From the NCBI GenBank assembly GCA_947652925.1, contig CANTEW010000009.1, forward strand, positions 206-64,205: a stretch of DNA of 64,000 nt, written 5' to 3'. Each line of letters starts with the position of its first letter. Position 1 is the first letter of the stretch. A model generated the notes under the pieces. That model worked only from the letters and a program-made list of their open reading frames with translations, was not told where the DNA came from and made no database searches. Source of the stretch: an uncultured Lachnospiraceae bacterium (GTDB lineage: Bacteria; Bacillota; Clostridia; Lachnospirales; Lachnospiraceae). The translations under genes were made by a program, and so were the position numbers. This document shows positions 1 to 10,022 of this stretch, one piece after another.

Positions 1-838
1 GTACAAGCAGCCTATCCCACGTTTTATCCAAACATTAGGGGTGGTCACGGCGCCCACCGGAGCGGCTGTACAGGACATCCGCAACATCGCATCCAGGAGG
101 AATCCGTATGTGCAGATCATCCTCTATCCGGCCCTGGTGCAGGGCGAAGGGGCGAAGGAGAGCATCGTCAGGGGCATCCATGCTCTGGAAGCTCTGGGCG
201 TGGATGTGATGATCGTAGGGCGGGGCGGCGGCTCTATCGAGGATCTGTGGGCTTTCAATGAAGAAGAGGTAGCCCGGGCAGTCTTCGACTGTTCAGTCCC
301 AGTCATCTCTGCTGTGGGCCATGAGACGGATACTACGATCATCGACTATGTGGCCGATCTCAGGGCGCCCACGCCGTCGGCCGCGGCAGAGCTGGCCGTA
401 TACGACTACCGGGCACTGCAGGAGAGCCTGGAGGGGTATCGGCAGATCCTCCAGGATAAGATGGGGGGCCGTCTGGAGCTTTACCTGGAAAAGATGGAGC
501 GGTATCAGATGCGCCTGCGCTATCTGAGCCCCCAGAGCCAGATACGGGAAAAACGTCAATATCTGGCAGATACAGAAGAAAAACTGCGCATAAATATGCA
601 GCGGCAGGCGGAACAGGCCAGGAACAGCCTGGGCCTGTATATAGAACGGTTGAAGGGCCTGTCTCCGCTCAACAAGCTGCAGCAGGGATTTTCTTACAGT
701 ATGGATAAGGAGGGCAAGACGTTGGTGAGTATCTCCCAGGTGGAAAAGGGGGATATGGTCACTCTACAGGTCAGCGACGGGACGATCGGGGCTCGAGTGA
801 CTGAGATCGCACCTGTTGACTGGGCGGATCGGGGATGA
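1..838 (+). CDS. xseA: Exodeoxyribonuclease VII large subunit, C-terminal part (5' end lies upstream of the window)
   Basis: The frame of ORF 41..838 stays open back to nt 2 (YKQPIPRFIQTLGVVTAPTGAAVQDI). This matches the conserved GVVTSxTGAAxxDI core of XseA. Its stop overlaps the next start (ATGA at 835-838). Confidence 0.9.
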   Translation, partial: YKQPIPRFIQTLGVVTAPTGAAVQDIRNIASRRNPYVQIILYPALVQGEGAKESIVRGIHALEALGVDVMIVGRGGGSIEDLWAFNEEEVARAVFDCSVPVISAVGHETDTTIIDYVADLRAPTPSAAAELAVYDYRALQESLEGYRQILQDKMGGRLELYLEKMERYQMRLRYLSPQSQIREKRQYLADTEEKLRINMQRQAEQARNSLGLYIERLKGLSPLNKLQQGFSYSMDKEGKTLVSISQVEKGDMVTLQVSDGTIGARVTEIAPVDWADRG

Positions 839-1098
839 AAGAGTGGGAAAAGGAGTTTTTTATGGTGCAAGAGCAGGAAAAGCAGGGATCCATATCCGAT
901 GATATGACTCTGGAGGAGGCGTTCCGGCAGCTGGACAAAGTGGTAGAGCGGCTGGAGAGCCGGGAGATCACGCTTGAAGAATCTTTCAAGGTCTATCAGT
1001 CTGGTATGGAACTCTTGAAGACATGCAATGAGAAGATCGACCGGGTTGAAAAGAAGATGCTGCAGATGGATGAGGATGGAGAGTTAAGTGGATTTTGA
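835..1098 (+). CDS. xseB: Exodeoxyribonuclease VII small subunit
   Basis: 87-aa helical protein (LEEAFRQLDKVVERLESREITLEESFKVYQSGMELLKTC) immediately after and overlapping xseA. Confidence 0.85.
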   Translation: MKEWEKEFFMVQEQEKQGSISDDMTLEEAFRQLDKVVERLESREITLEESFKVYQSGMELLKTCNEKIDRVEKKMLQMDEDGELSGF

Positions 1099-1984
1099 GA
1101 AAGTACTGAGAGAGAAGATAGAAAAGACGGAAAAGATCGTCTGCGGATACCTGCCCGGAGAAGAAGGCTTTGCAAAAGAGCTGGCCCAGGCTATGCGCTA
1201 TGCTATGCAGGCGGGGGGAAAACGGCTGCGTCCATTGATATTAGGAGCGTCTTATGAGATGTTCGGGGGAGAAGGGAGAGTGGCGGAGCCTTTTATGGCT
1301 GCTCTTGAGATGATCCACACCCATTCCCTGATCCATGACGATCTCCCCGCCCTTGATGACGACGGATACCGCCGGGGCAGGAAGGCTACCCATGTGGTGT
1401 TTGGGGAGGCGATGGGGATCCTGAGCGGAGACGCCCTGTTGAACTATGCCTATGAGGTAGCTCTCCACAGTTTTGATCTGACAGAAGACGGAGGGGAGAC
1501 CTCCAGAGTCATACTCTCTTTGCAGATCCTTGCGGCGAAGACCGGGCTGTATGGGATGCTGGGCGGGCAGAGTGTGGATGTGGGATGTGAGGGGCAGGCG
1601 ATAGATGGTGAGATCTTAGAGGGTATCTATCTGAGAAAGACAGCTGCATTACTGGAGGCGGCTTTTATGATCGGGGCTGTACTGGCAGGGGCTTCCGCCG
1701 GACAGGTGCGAGCCATGGAACAGGCGGGACGGAAGATCGGACTGGCTTTCCAGATCCAGGACGATATCCTTGATGTCACAGGTTCTATGGAAGAATTGGG
1801 AAAACCCATACACAGCGACGAGAGAAATGAAAAAACGACCTACGTCGCTCTGTATGGGATGGAAGAGGCGGTCAGCCAGGTAGAAAAGCTGTCTGGGGAA
1901 GCTCTGGAGATATTTAAGAGTATGGGGCAAGAAGAGGCGTTCCTCCCCCGGCTGGCCCAATGGCTGGTCACCCGCAAAAAATAG
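1088..1984 (+). CDS. ispA: Polyprenyl (farnesyl/geranylgeranyl) diphosphate synthase
   Basis: It has both Asp-rich motifs of trans-prenyltransferases (LIHDDLPALDDD and FQIQDDILD). A GTG start overlaps the xseB end, and the position before dxs is canonical. Confidence 0.85.
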   Translation: MDFEKVLREKIEKTEKIVCGYLPGEEGFAKELAQAMRYAMQAGGKRLRPLILGASYEMFGGEGRVAEPFMAALEMIHTHSLIHDDLPALDDDGYRRGRKATHVVFGEAMGILSGDALLNYAYEVALHSFDLTEDGGETSRVILSLQILAAKTGLYGMLGGQSVDVGCEGQAIDGEILEGIYLRKTAALLEAAFMIGAVLAGASAGQVRAMEQAGRKIGLAFQIQDDILDVTGSMEELGKPIHSDERNEKTTYVALYGMEEAVSQVEKLSGEALEIFKSMGQEEAFLPRLAQWLVTRKK

Positions 1985-1999
1985 TAAGGAAGCGATACT

Positions 2000-3862
2000 G
2001 TGATATTAGATAAGATCCAAAAGCCAAACGATATACAGAAAATACCTTTAGATGAATTTCCCAGGCTGGCCGGTGAGATACGTATGTTCCTCATCGACCA
2101 TATCAGCAGGACAGGGGGACATCTGGCGTCGAATCTGGGAGCCGTGGAACTGACCATGGCTCTGCACAATGTATTCCATCTGCCGGAAGATAAGATCATC
2201 TGGGATGTGGGTCATCAGGCCTATACCCATAAGATCCTCACCGGGCGTAAAGAGGGGTTTTCCACGCTCCGCCAGATGGATGGCCTGAGCGGTTTTCCAA
2301 AGCGGAGCGAGAGTCCCTGCGATCCTTTTGATACGGGGCACAGTTCCACCTCTATCTCTGCAGGACTGGGTTATGTGAGGGCCAGGGACCTTCTGAAAGA
2401 GGATCATTATGTGGTGTCTGTGATCGGGGACGGGGCGCTGACGGGGGGGATGGCATACGAGGCCATGAACAATGCGGCGGAGTTAAAAAAGAATTTTATC
2501 ATCGTCCTCAATGACAATAAAATGTCGATCTCACCCAATGTAGGAGGGATCTCCCGTTATCTGAGCAATCTGCGCACGGCAGAATCTTACTGCGGGCTGA
2601 AACTGAGTGTGCGCAAAAATCTCAAGAAAGTCCCCCGGGTGGGAGAGGCTATAGTGGAGGCCGTCCATAAGACAAAGACGGGCATCAAGCAGCTGGTGAT
2701 CCCAGGTATGCTCTTTGAAAATATGGGATTGACTTATCTGGGTCCTGTGAATGGGCATAATATGCGGCAGATGATGAAACTCTTCAATGAGGCAAAACGG
2801 GTAGAGGGCCCGGTCATCGTCCATGTCCTCACAGAGAAGGGGCGCGGCTATGAGCCAGCCATGCGGCATCCGGCCAGATTCCATGGGACGGCGCCGTTCG
2901 AGATCGCCACGGGCGTCCTGAAGAGCAGGCAGGAGAAGGCGACCTATACGGATGTATTTTCTTCGGCTTTGTGCAGACTGGGCAGCAAAGACCCCCGCAT
3001 CGCAGCTGTGACGGCGGCTATGCCTACAGGGACTGGCCTGAACCGGTTTGCCAGTCTCTTCCCGCGGCGTTTTTTTGACGTGGGGATCGCGGAAGCCCAT
3101 GCGGTGACTTTTGCCGCAGGGCTGGCTCTGGGCGGGCTGATCCCTGTGGTCGCTGTGTATTCATCTTTTCTGCAGCGGGCCTTCGACCAGGTACTCCACG
3201 ACGTGTGTATGCAGAACCTGCATGTAGTCTTTGCCATTGACCGGGCAGGCCTGGTGGGCAGCGACGGGGAGACCCATCACGGATGCTTCGATCTCAGTTA
3301 TCTCTCTTTGATGCCCAATATGACAGTGATGGCTCCTAAGAATAAATGGGAATTGACCGCGATGCTAAAGTTTGCCCTGGAGCATCCAGGTCCGGTGGCG
3401 CTGCGCTATCCCAGAGGGGGAGCGTTTGACGGTCTGGAGGCGTATAAAGAGCCTGTAGAGCTTGGAAAGAGCGAGTGGATGATCCATGGAGAAAGGATGG
3501 CGCTCCTTCCCATCGGCAGTATGGCGGCAGAAGGCGAGAAAGTACGGGACGCCTTGAAAGAGGAGGGATGGGATCCCAGCCTTGTGGATATGCGTTTTGT
3601 AAAACCGCTGGACACGGCGTGCCTGGACAGGCTGGCGGAGGATCATCAGATATTCGTCACAATGGAAGAAAATGTACTGTCGGGAGGGATGGGAGAAAAG
3701 GTGCGCGCCTATGTGGACGCCCATCATCCGCAGGTACAGGTGATCCCTATCGGTATCCCTGATCAGTTTGTGGGCCATGGGAGTGTGGATCAGTTAAAAA
3801 AGAAGTTGCATTTGGATGTGGAGGGGATCGTCTCCACGATCAGAGATAAGGTGGGCAGATGA
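2000..3862 (+). CDS. dxs: 1-deoxy-D-xylulose-5-phosphate synthase
   Basis: 620 aa with an N-terminus of Dxs type (PNDIQKIPLDEFPRLAGEIRMFLI) and the GGHLASNLG, GDGALTGGMAYEA and IAEAHAVTFAAG motifs. Confidence 0.95.
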   Translation: MILDKIQKPNDIQKIPLDEFPRLAGEIRMFLIDHISRTGGHLASNLGAVELTMALHNVFHLPEDKIIWDVGHQAYTHKILTGRKEGFSTLRQMDGLSGFPKRSESPCDPFDTGHSSTSISAGLGYVRARDLLKEDHYVVSVIGDGALTGGMAYEAMNNAAELKKNFIIVLNDNKMSISPNVGGISRYLSNLRTAESYCGLKLSVRKNLKKVPRVGEAIVEAVHKTKTGIKQLVIPGMLFENMGLTYLGPVNGHNMRQMMKLFNEAKRVEGPVIVHVLTEKGRGYEPAMRHPARFHGTAPFEIATGVLKSRQEKATYTDVFSSALCRLGSKDPRIAAVTAAMPTGTGLNRFASLFPRRFFDVGIAEAHAVTFAAGLALGGLIPVVAVYSSFLQRAFDQVLHDVCMQNLHVVFAIDRAGLVGSDGETHHGCFDLSYLSLMPNMTVMAPKNKWELTAMLKFALEHPGPVALRYPRGGAFDGLEAYKEPVELGKSEWMIHGERMALLPIGSMAAEGEKVRDALKEEGWDPSLVDMRFVKPLDTACLDRLAEDHQIFVTMEENVLSGGMGEKVRAYVDAHHPQVQVIPIGIPDQFVGHGSVDQLKKKLHLDVEGIVSTIRDKVGR

Positions 3863-4674
3863 AAGAGCGGTTAGATGTATTGCTGGTGCAGCAGGGGCTT
3901 GCCCCGTCCAGGGAAAAAGCGAAGGCAGTGATCATGTCTGGCAGTGTCTATGTAGACGGCCAGAAAGAAGATAAAGCGGGGTCCATGTTCCCGGATACAG
4001 CCGCCATTGAAGTAAAAGGGGATCCGCTCCCCTATGTGAGCCGGGGCGGTCTGAAACTGGAAAAGGCTCTGCGGTGTTTTCCCATCCGGCTGGAAGGGAA
4101 GATATGCATGGATGTGGGCGCATCCACAGGAGGATTTACAGATTGTATGCTGCAGAACGGGGCGGTGAAAGTCTATGCCATTGATGTGGGACGTGGACAG
4201 CTGGACTGGAAACTCCGCCAGGATCCCCGGGTGGTCTGTATGGAGAAGACGAATATCCGTTATGTGACGGAGGAGGATATTGGGGATGCCATCGAGTTCG
4301 TGTCGATCGACGTTTCTTTCATCTCCCTGGAAAAAGTCTTCGGCCCGGTGAAAGCCCTCCTCACAGAAAACGCGGAACTGGTCTGTCTGATCAAGCCCCA
4401 GTTTGAGGCGGGGCGGGAGCAGGTGGGAAAAAAAGGTGTGGTCCGCGACCCATCTATCCACCGGGAAGTGATCGGCAAAGTCTTGTCTTATGCGAGGGAC
4501 GCCGGATTTTATCCGAGCCATCTGGGGTATTCTCCGGTGAAAGGGCCGGAAGGTAACATCGAATATCTGCTCCATCTATATCATATGCAGCCCCCAGCAG
4601 AGTCTTCTTATGTGGAGGAACAGGTGGGAGAGATCGTACAGGCGGCGCATCGGGAACTGGATCGGACTGGATAA
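3859..4674 (+). CDS. tlyA: TlyA-family rRNA 2'-O-methyltransferase (S4 domain + FtsJ-like)
   Basis: RLDVLLVQQGLAPSREKAKAVIMSG (S4-like) followed by VSRGGLKLEKAL and DVGASTGGFTDCMLQNGA (SAM site). Confidence 0.85.
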   Translation: MKERLDVLLVQQGLAPSREKAKAVIMSGSVYVDGQKEDKAGSMFPDTAAIEVKGDPLPYVSRGGLKLEKALRCFPIRLEGKICMDVGASTGGFTDCMLQNGAVKVYAIDVGRGQLDWKLRQDPRVVCMEKTNIRYVTEEDIGDAIEFVSIDVSFISLEKVFGPVKALLTENAELVCLIKPQFEAGREQVGKKGVVRDPSIHREVIGKVLSYARDAGFYPSHLGYSPVKGPEGNIEYLLHLYHMQPPAESSYVEEQVGEIVQAAHRELDRTG

Positions 4675-4677
4675 AAA

Positions 4678-5538
4678 ATGGATAAGTTTTATATCATAAC
4701 CAACGGACAAAAAGATAAAGGGATGGAGGTCACCCGTCAGGTCGCTTCCTATCTCGAGGAGCGGGGATGCTACTGCGGTATCCAGAAGCTCTCTGAAGGG
4801 CGGATGGAAGGGCTCTACCGCTACACGGATCCTGGGCGGATCCCGGCGGATACCCAGTGCATTATCGTGCTGGGCGGGGACGGGACGCTCCTGCAGGCGG
4901 CCCGCGACGTGGTACATACAGGGATCCCGCTCTTTGGCATCAATATGGGGACGCTGGGCTATCTGGCGGAGGTAGACAGGACGGGGATACAGCCTGCCCT
5001 GGATAAACTCTTACAGGACGGATATGAAGTGGAAGAGCGTATGATGCTCAAAGGTACTGTATACCATGAGGGAAAGGTGATCGGCAGGGGCATCGCCCTC
5101 AATGATATTGTGATCGGGCGGGAGGGTCCCTTGCGTGTGATCTGTCTGCGCAATTATGTAAATGGCGAGTATCTCAATGTCTATAATGCCGACGGCATGA
5201 TCGTAGCCACGCCTACTGGGTCCACAGGTTACAGCCTGTCGGCGGGAGGGCCGATCGTTGCGCCGGAAGCCCGTATGACTGTGATCACGCCGCTGGCTCC
5301 CCATACTTTAAATTCCAGGAGCATCATCCTGCCGGCGAAAGATGTGATCACAGTGGAGATCGGGGAAGGACGTCATGAAGAGCAGGAGACAGCGATCGCG
5401 ACTTTCGACGGGGATACATGGACGCCTATGGTGACCGGGGACAGGATCGTTATCGAGAAGGCGCAGGTGAGTACCCGGATCATCAAACTGAGCAATCTCA
5501 GTTTTGTAGAAGTTGTGCGGCGTAAGATGAATGTATAG
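4678..5538 (+). CDS. nadK: NAD kinase
   Basis: 286 aa with GGDGTLL, NMGTLGYL and ATPTGSTGYSLSAGGPIV motifs. Confidence 0.9.
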   Translation: MDKFYIITNGQKDKGMEVTRQVASYLEERGCYCGIQKLSEGRMEGLYRYTDPGRIPADTQCIIVLGGDGTLLQAARDVVHTGIPLFGINMGTLGYLAEVDRTGIQPALDKLLQDGYEVEERMMLKGTVYHEGKVIGRGIALNDIVIGREGPLRVICLRNYVNGEYLNVYNADGMIVATPTGSTGYSLSAGGPIVAPEARMTVITPLAPHTLNSRSIILPAKDVITVEIGEGRHEEQETAIATFDGDTWTPMVTGDRIVIEKAQVSTRIIKLSNLSFVEVVRRKMNV

Positions 5539-5547
5539 GGTTGAGAG

Positions 5548-6021
5548 ATGAAGTTAAAGAGGCACAGGGAGATCATCGATCTGATCGGGCGATTTGAGAT
5601 AGAGACGCAGGAAGAGCTGGCCCGCAGGCTCCATGAAGCCGGATTTTCCGTTACCCAGGCCACCGTGTCCAGGGATATCCGGGAATTAAATCTGAGAAAA
5701 GAGACGAACAGACATGGGAAGTTTGTCTATGTGCCTGTGCAGGAGCAGGTACAGGACAGGAACGGAAGGTATGCGAGAGTCCTGCGGGATGCCTTCGTAT
5801 CTATGGATGCAGCCCAGAATATCCTGGTGATACGGACAGTTTCAGGCATGGCCATGGCAGCGGCAGCTGTCCTGGACGATCTGAACTGGGAGGAAGTCTT
5901 AGGCTGTATAGCGGGGGATGATACGGTCATGTGTGTGGTGAGGAGCGAGGAACAGAGCCGTCTCGTGATGGAGCGGCTGCGTGCGGTCTTGAAAGGAGAG
6001 GGGGCAGACACGGGATGTTAG
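5548..6021 (+). CDS. argR: Arginine repressor
   Basis: 157 aa with a winged-helix N-terminus (TQEELARRLHEAGFSVTQATVSRDIRELNL) and a C-terminal oligomerisation domain (GCIAGDDTVMCV). It sits before recN as in Bacillus and Clostridium. Confidence 0.85.
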   Translation: MKLKRHREIIDLIGRFEIETQEELARRLHEAGFSVTQATVSRDIRELNLRKETNRHGKFVYVPVQEQVQDRNGRYARVLRDAFVSMDAAQNILVIRTVSGMAMAAAAVLDDLNWEEVLGCIAGDDTVMCVVRSEEQSRLVMERLRAVLKGEGADTGC

Positions 6022-7706
6022 TGAATTTACATGTGAAAAACCTAGCCCTGATACGGGAGGAGGAAGTGGAGTTCGAGCCGGGGCTCAATATCCTTACCGG
6101 GGAGACTGGAGCCGGGAAATCCATCCTCCTTGGGTCTGTACAGCTGGCCCTGGGCGGAAAGATGTCCCGGGAGATGATCCGGGAGGATGCGGACTACGCC
6201 CTGGTGGAACTGACATTCCAGGTGGAGGATCCCAGGATATACAGAGAGCTGGAAGCCTTGGATGTCCATCCGGAAGAGGGGCAGGTGTGGCTGTCCAGGC
6301 GGCTGGCCGGGAAAAGGAGTACCAACCGGATCAACGGGGAGGCATGTACGCTGGCACAGATGAAAGCGGTAGGGGCGCTGCTTTTGGATATACACGGTCA
6401 GCATGAACATCAGTCTCTCCTGGATAGGAAACGGCAGCTGGATATCCTGGATGAGTATGGAAAAGAGAAGATCGCACCGGTGCAGCAGAATGTAAGGGCG
6501 GCCTATCTGGGATACCAGAAACTGTATAAGCAGCTGAACGGGGATCAGATGGATGAAGTGCAGCGCAAGCGTGAGATCTCTTTTCTGGAATTTGAACTCA
6601 AAGAATTGAAAGAGGCCAACCTGCAGCCGGGCGAGGACGAGGAACTGGAAAAGCAGTACCGTAAACTGAGCAATGGGAAGAGGATCCTGGAGACATTGGA
6701 TCAGGTGCATACATGCACAGGGTACGACGACCCGGGGGGCGCCGGAGAAAGACTGGGCCAGGCGCTGAGACTCCTGAACAGCGTCTCTGACCTGGATGAG
6801 GCACTGCTCCCAATGGAAGAGATGCTCACAGACCTGGACGGACTGCTCAACGATCTGAACCGGGAACTGACGGATTATCTCTCGGAGTGGGAATTCGACG
6901 AGGAAGAGTATTACAATATAGAGAAACGGCTGGATCTGATCAATCATTTAAAGGCAAAATATGGAAATTCAGTGGGAGAGATCCAGGAATACCAGAAAAA
7001 ACAAGAAGAAAGACTGCAAAGATTGCAGTCTTATGGAGAATATAAACAAGAACTGGAACAGAAACTCTTAGAACAGAAAAAAAGACTGGCGCAGCAATGC
7101 CAGCTCTTGACAAGATACCGGAAAGAATATGCCGGACAGCTGGAAAAACAGGTACAGGAACAGCTTACAGACCTGAATTTCCTCCATGTGGATTTTGCCA
7201 TAGAGTTTACCAGCCAGGGTTATACGTCAAACGGTGCGGATCAAGTGGTCTTTATGATCTCTACCAACCCCGGAGAGCCGCGAAAAGCTTTCGGCAAAGT
7301 CGTATCCGGCGGTGAACTGTCCAGGATCATGCTGGCGCTCAAGACGCTGCTGGCGGATAAAGACCAGATCGAGACTCTGATCTTCGACGAGATCGACACA
7401 GGGATCAGCGGACGGACAGCTCAGAAGGTCTCTGAAAAATTGGCGTACATCGGCAGGCAGCGGCAGGTGATCTGTATCACCCATCTGCCCCAGATCGCAT
7501 CCATGGCAGACGCCCACTATTCCATAGAAAAAAAACAACAGGGGACAGATACATTTACCTCTATCCGTCTGCTGGATGATGCGGATTCAGTGAAAGAACT
7601 GGCCAGGCTCTTAGGCGGTGCAGAGATCACAGAGAGAGTCCTGGAGAGTGCCAGAGAGATGAAAGATCTGGCAGGCCAGCAAAAAAATTCAAGATTGAAA
7701 TCATGA
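6015..7706 (+). CDS. recN: DNA repair protein RecN
   Basis: Start chosen at ATG 6015 (MLVNLHVKNLALI), which overlaps the argR stop. It has a Walker A (GETGAGKS), a long coiled-coil middle, the ABC signature-like GGELSRIMLALK and Walker B LIFDEIDTGISG. Confidence 0.9.
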   Translation: MLVNLHVKNLALIREEEVEFEPGLNILTGETGAGKSILLGSVQLALGGKMSREMIREDADYALVELTFQVEDPRIYRELEALDVHPEEGQVWLSRRLAGKRSTNRINGEACTLAQMKAVGALLLDIHGQHEHQSLLDRKRQLDILDEYGKEKIAPVQQNVRAAYLGYQKLYKQLNGDQMDEVQRKREISFLEFELKELKEANLQPGEDEELEKQYRKLSNGKRILETLDQVHTCTGYDDPGGAGERLGQALRLLNSVSDLDEALLPMEEMLTDLDGLLNDLNRELTDYLSEWEFDEEEYYNIEKRLDLINHLKAKYGNSVGEIQEYQKKQEERLQRLQSYGEYKQELEQKLLEQKKRLAQQCQLLTRYRKEYAGQLEKQVQEQLTDLNFLHVDFAIEFTSQGYTSNGADQVVFMISTNPGEPRKAFGKVVSGGELSRIMLALKTLLADKDQIETLIFDEIDTGISGRTAQKVSEKLAYIGRQRQVICITHLPQIASMADAHYSIEKKQQGTDTFTSIRLLDDADSVKELARLLGGAEITERVLESAREMKDLAGQQKNSRLKS

Positions 7707-7723
7707 TATTATCACATACTAAG

Positions 7724-7755
7724 AGAGTGTACACGAGGAGGTACGCTCTTTTTTT
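7724..7755 (+). terminator. Rho-independent terminator after recN
   Basis: AGAGTGTAC (7724-7732) pairs with GTACGCTCT (7741-7749): 9 bp with one G-U and an 8-nt loop. A run of T follows (7749-7755). Confidence 0.7.
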
Positions 7756-7774
7756 CAACTTCTGAAGAAGGGAT

Positions 7775-9007
7775 GTGTGTGATAAAGTGAGTCGAAAGAA
7801 CAAATATAGAAAGACTTTGTGGATGGTCGTATTAATAGGTCTCGTACTCTTTACCTGTATGGGATACTGGGAAGTACGCGATCGTCTGCCAGATCAGGTC
7901 AGTATCGTGGAGGGCAAAGAAGAAGACTTTCTGGAACAGTTCCAGAAGCCCTGGCTGACTTTAGACGACGCTATACCTGTGTCAGGCAGGGAGAGTTTTA
8001 CATTGGAATGCAGTCTGTTTGGGAAGATACCTCTCAAACAGATCAAAGTCCAGGTGGTGGAACCGACGGATATCTATGTCAGCGGCAACACGGTGGGCGT
8101 GTATATGGAGACCCAGGGTGTGCTGATCATCGACAGCGGGGAGATCATCGGAGAAAATGGGATATGCTGCGAACCTGCCAGGAATCTGGTGCAGCCGGGT
8201 GATTACATCGTGGCGATGGATCAGGAAGCAGTGGGGAACAAACGGGAATTGATCCACAAGATACAGACATGCGGGGGAGATACTGTGCAGTTGTCCCTCC
8301 TGCGCCGGGGTGAGGAGATCCAGATGGCGTTAGATCCGGTGATAGACGAGGAGGGGGATTACAAATTAGGTATCTGGGTACGGGATAACACACAGGGTAT
8401 CGGTACGCTCACCTATATGGACCAGGATGGGGATTTTGGCGCGCTGGGACATGGGATCAGCGATATAGATACAGGGGAGCTGATGCAGATCAGCGATGGG
8501 GATCTGTACAGGGCCCAGGTGATGGGCATCCATAAAGGGACGAAAGGGAGCCCGGGAGAGTTGTCCGGGTTGATCCGTTACGACAATTCCAATATCATTG
8601 GCACGATCACAAAAAACGGGGAAAATGGTATTTATGGGAGTCTGGATCCCAGGTACGCACAAGATCTCTCTTTCCAGCCTATGGAAGTGGGGTATAAACA
8701 GGAGATGCAGCTGGGTGAGGCGAGTATCCTGTGCAGCGTGGACGGCCAGGTGGAAGAGTATCAGGTGGAGATCACCAGCATCGATCTGAACCATCCCGAT
8801 ACGAATAAGAGCTTCGTGTTAAAGGTCACAGACCCAAGGCTCCTGGAGAAGACGGGAGGGATCGTCCAGGGGATGAGCGGGAGTCCTGTCCTGCAGAATG
8901 GCAAGGCTGTGGGGGCGGTCACACATGTATTTGTACAGGACTCGACGGGGGGATACGGGATTTTTATCGAGAATATGCTGAAAAATAATAAGGGCTATGC
9001 AAACTAA
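7775..9007 (+). CDS. spoIVB: Stage IV sporulation protein B (SpoIVB signalling serine peptidase, S55)
   Basis: N-terminal TM segment, a PDZ-like middle, GIGTLTYMD...FGALGHGI and the catalytic-Ser context GMSGSPV. Located directly upstream of spo0A. The exact start is uncertain (GTG 7775 or 7787). Confidence 0.85.
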   Translation: MCDKVSRKNKYRKTLWMVVLIGLVLFTCMGYWEVRDRLPDQVSIVEGKEEDFLEQFQKPWLTLDDAIPVSGRESFTLECSLFGKIPLKQIKVQVVEPTDIYVSGNTVGVYMETQGVLIIDSGEIIGENGICCEPARNLVQPGDYIVAMDQEAVGNKRELIHKIQTCGGDTVQLSLLRRGEEIQMALDPVIDEEGDYKLGIWVRDNTQGIGTLTYMDQDGDFGALGHGISDIDTGELMQISDGDLYRAQVMGIHKGTKGSPGELSGLIRYDNSNIIGTITKNGENGIYGSLDPRYAQDLSFQPMEVGYKQEMQLGEASILCSVDGQVEEYQVEITSIDLNHPDTNKSFVLKVTDPRLLEKTGGIVQGMSGSPVLQNGKAVGAVTHVFVQDSTGGYGIFIENMLKNNKGYAN

Positions 9008-9154
9008 TACGAATTAATTGTCGATTAATGTAATCAAAAATAATGTATTTTGGCTATTTTGTTGTTGATTGTCAGGATCAATTGTTTCATAATAGAGTAT
9101 AGGGATAGAAAGTCTCTGGTGAAGTTCAACACAAGCTTTAGGAGGAACAGCTTT

Positions 9155-9979
9155 ATGGATAAGTTAAACATTGCCATTGCCGATGATAACGAAAAAATGG
9201 TAGAAATACTTGAAAAAATGATCAATGAGGATAAAGACTTACGATTAGTCGGAAAAGCACATAATGGAGAAGATATCTGTACGATCATCCGGGAGAAGGA
9301 ACCGGATGTGGTCTTGTTGGATATCATCATGCCTAAGATAGATGGTCTGTCAGTGATGGAGAAAGTGATCCACGATAAAGAGGTGAAAAAGCGGCCGTCC
9401 TTCATCATCCTGTCTGCGGTGGGTCAGGAGAGGATCACGGAGGATGCCTTTAACCTGGGGGCGGATTATTACATGCTGAAGCCTTTTGACAGCGGGCTTC
9501 TGCTGGACCGTATCAAGTACGTCAGGCAGAGCGCCCAGCGCAGGAACAGAGAGGCACAGAAGATCAGCGCTTATGAGAGTTCCAGCCATTATATGGAGCG
9601 GAACCTGGAGAGCGATGTGACACATATCATCCATGAGATCGGAGTCCCCGCACATATCAAAGGATACCAGTATCTGCGGGATGCGATCATCTTATCTGTC
9701 AACGACCAGGAGATGCTCAATTCCATAACGAAGATCTTGTATCCTACTATCGCAAAACACCATCAGACAACACCCAGCCGGGTGGAACGGGCGATCCGCC
9801 ATGCCATTGAGGTGGCCTGGAGCAGAGGGAAGATGGATACGATCGATGAGTTGTTCGGCTATACAGTCAGCAACGGAAAAGGAAAACCTACAAATTCTGA
9901 ATTTATAGCCTTGATCGCGGATAAAATAAGATTGGAATATAAAAATCAGACTTTCCATAGTGTAGAAAGTAGGATATAA
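9155..9979 (+). CDS. spo0A: Stage 0 sporulation protein A (master sporulation response regulator)
   Basis: ATG 9155 is preceded by AGGAGG (9141-9146). It has a receiver domain (IADDN...[14 protein letters not shown]) and the Spo0A-specific DNA-binding helix ([21 protein letters not shown]). Confidence 0.92.
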   Translation: MDKLNIAIADDNEKMVEILEKMINEDKDLRLVGKAHNGEDICTIIREKEPDVVLLDIIMPKIDGLSVMEKVIHDKEVKKRPSFIILSAVGQERITEDAFNLGADYYMLKPFDSGLLLDRIKYVRQSAQRRNREAQKISAYESSSHYMERNLESDVTHIIHEIGVPAHIKGYQYLRDAIILSVNDQEMLNSITKILYPTIAKHHQTTPSRVERAIRHAIEVAWSRGKMDTIDELFGYTVSNGKGKPTNSEFIALIADKIRLEYKNQTFHSVESRI

Positions 9980-10022
9980 TAGATCCAAGAAGATAATTTT
10001 GTTTCGCTAAGGAGGATATGGG

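Noticed and set aside
5931-6014. The upstream extension of recN offered by the ORF track (start 5931).
   Set aside because: It would overlap argR by 90 nt and add a Gly/Arg-rich peptide not seen in RecN. ATG 6015 gives the canonical MLVNLHVKNLALI N-terminus.
6042-6947. Long antisense ORFs inside well-supported genes (e.g. 6042..6947 -, 12655..13746 +, 21944..22867 -, 23657..24571 -, 28121..29239 -, 39474..40262 -, 43182..44006 -, 50826..51761 -, 61211..61993 -).
   Set aside because: Each lies opposite a gene with clear family motifs. Their translations are low-complexity or Arg/Pro/His-rich with no recognisable domains, and they lack ribosome-binding sites. They are typical shadow ORFs of codon-biased genes.
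9019-9025. TGTCGAT upstream of spo0A as a Spo0A (0A-box, TGTCGAA-like) autoregulatory site, and an AGGATCAA...GAGTAT sigma-H-like promoter at ~9072-9100.
   Set aside because: There is only a single one-mismatch heptamer and a poor -10 match. These are too weak to call without comparative or experimental data.
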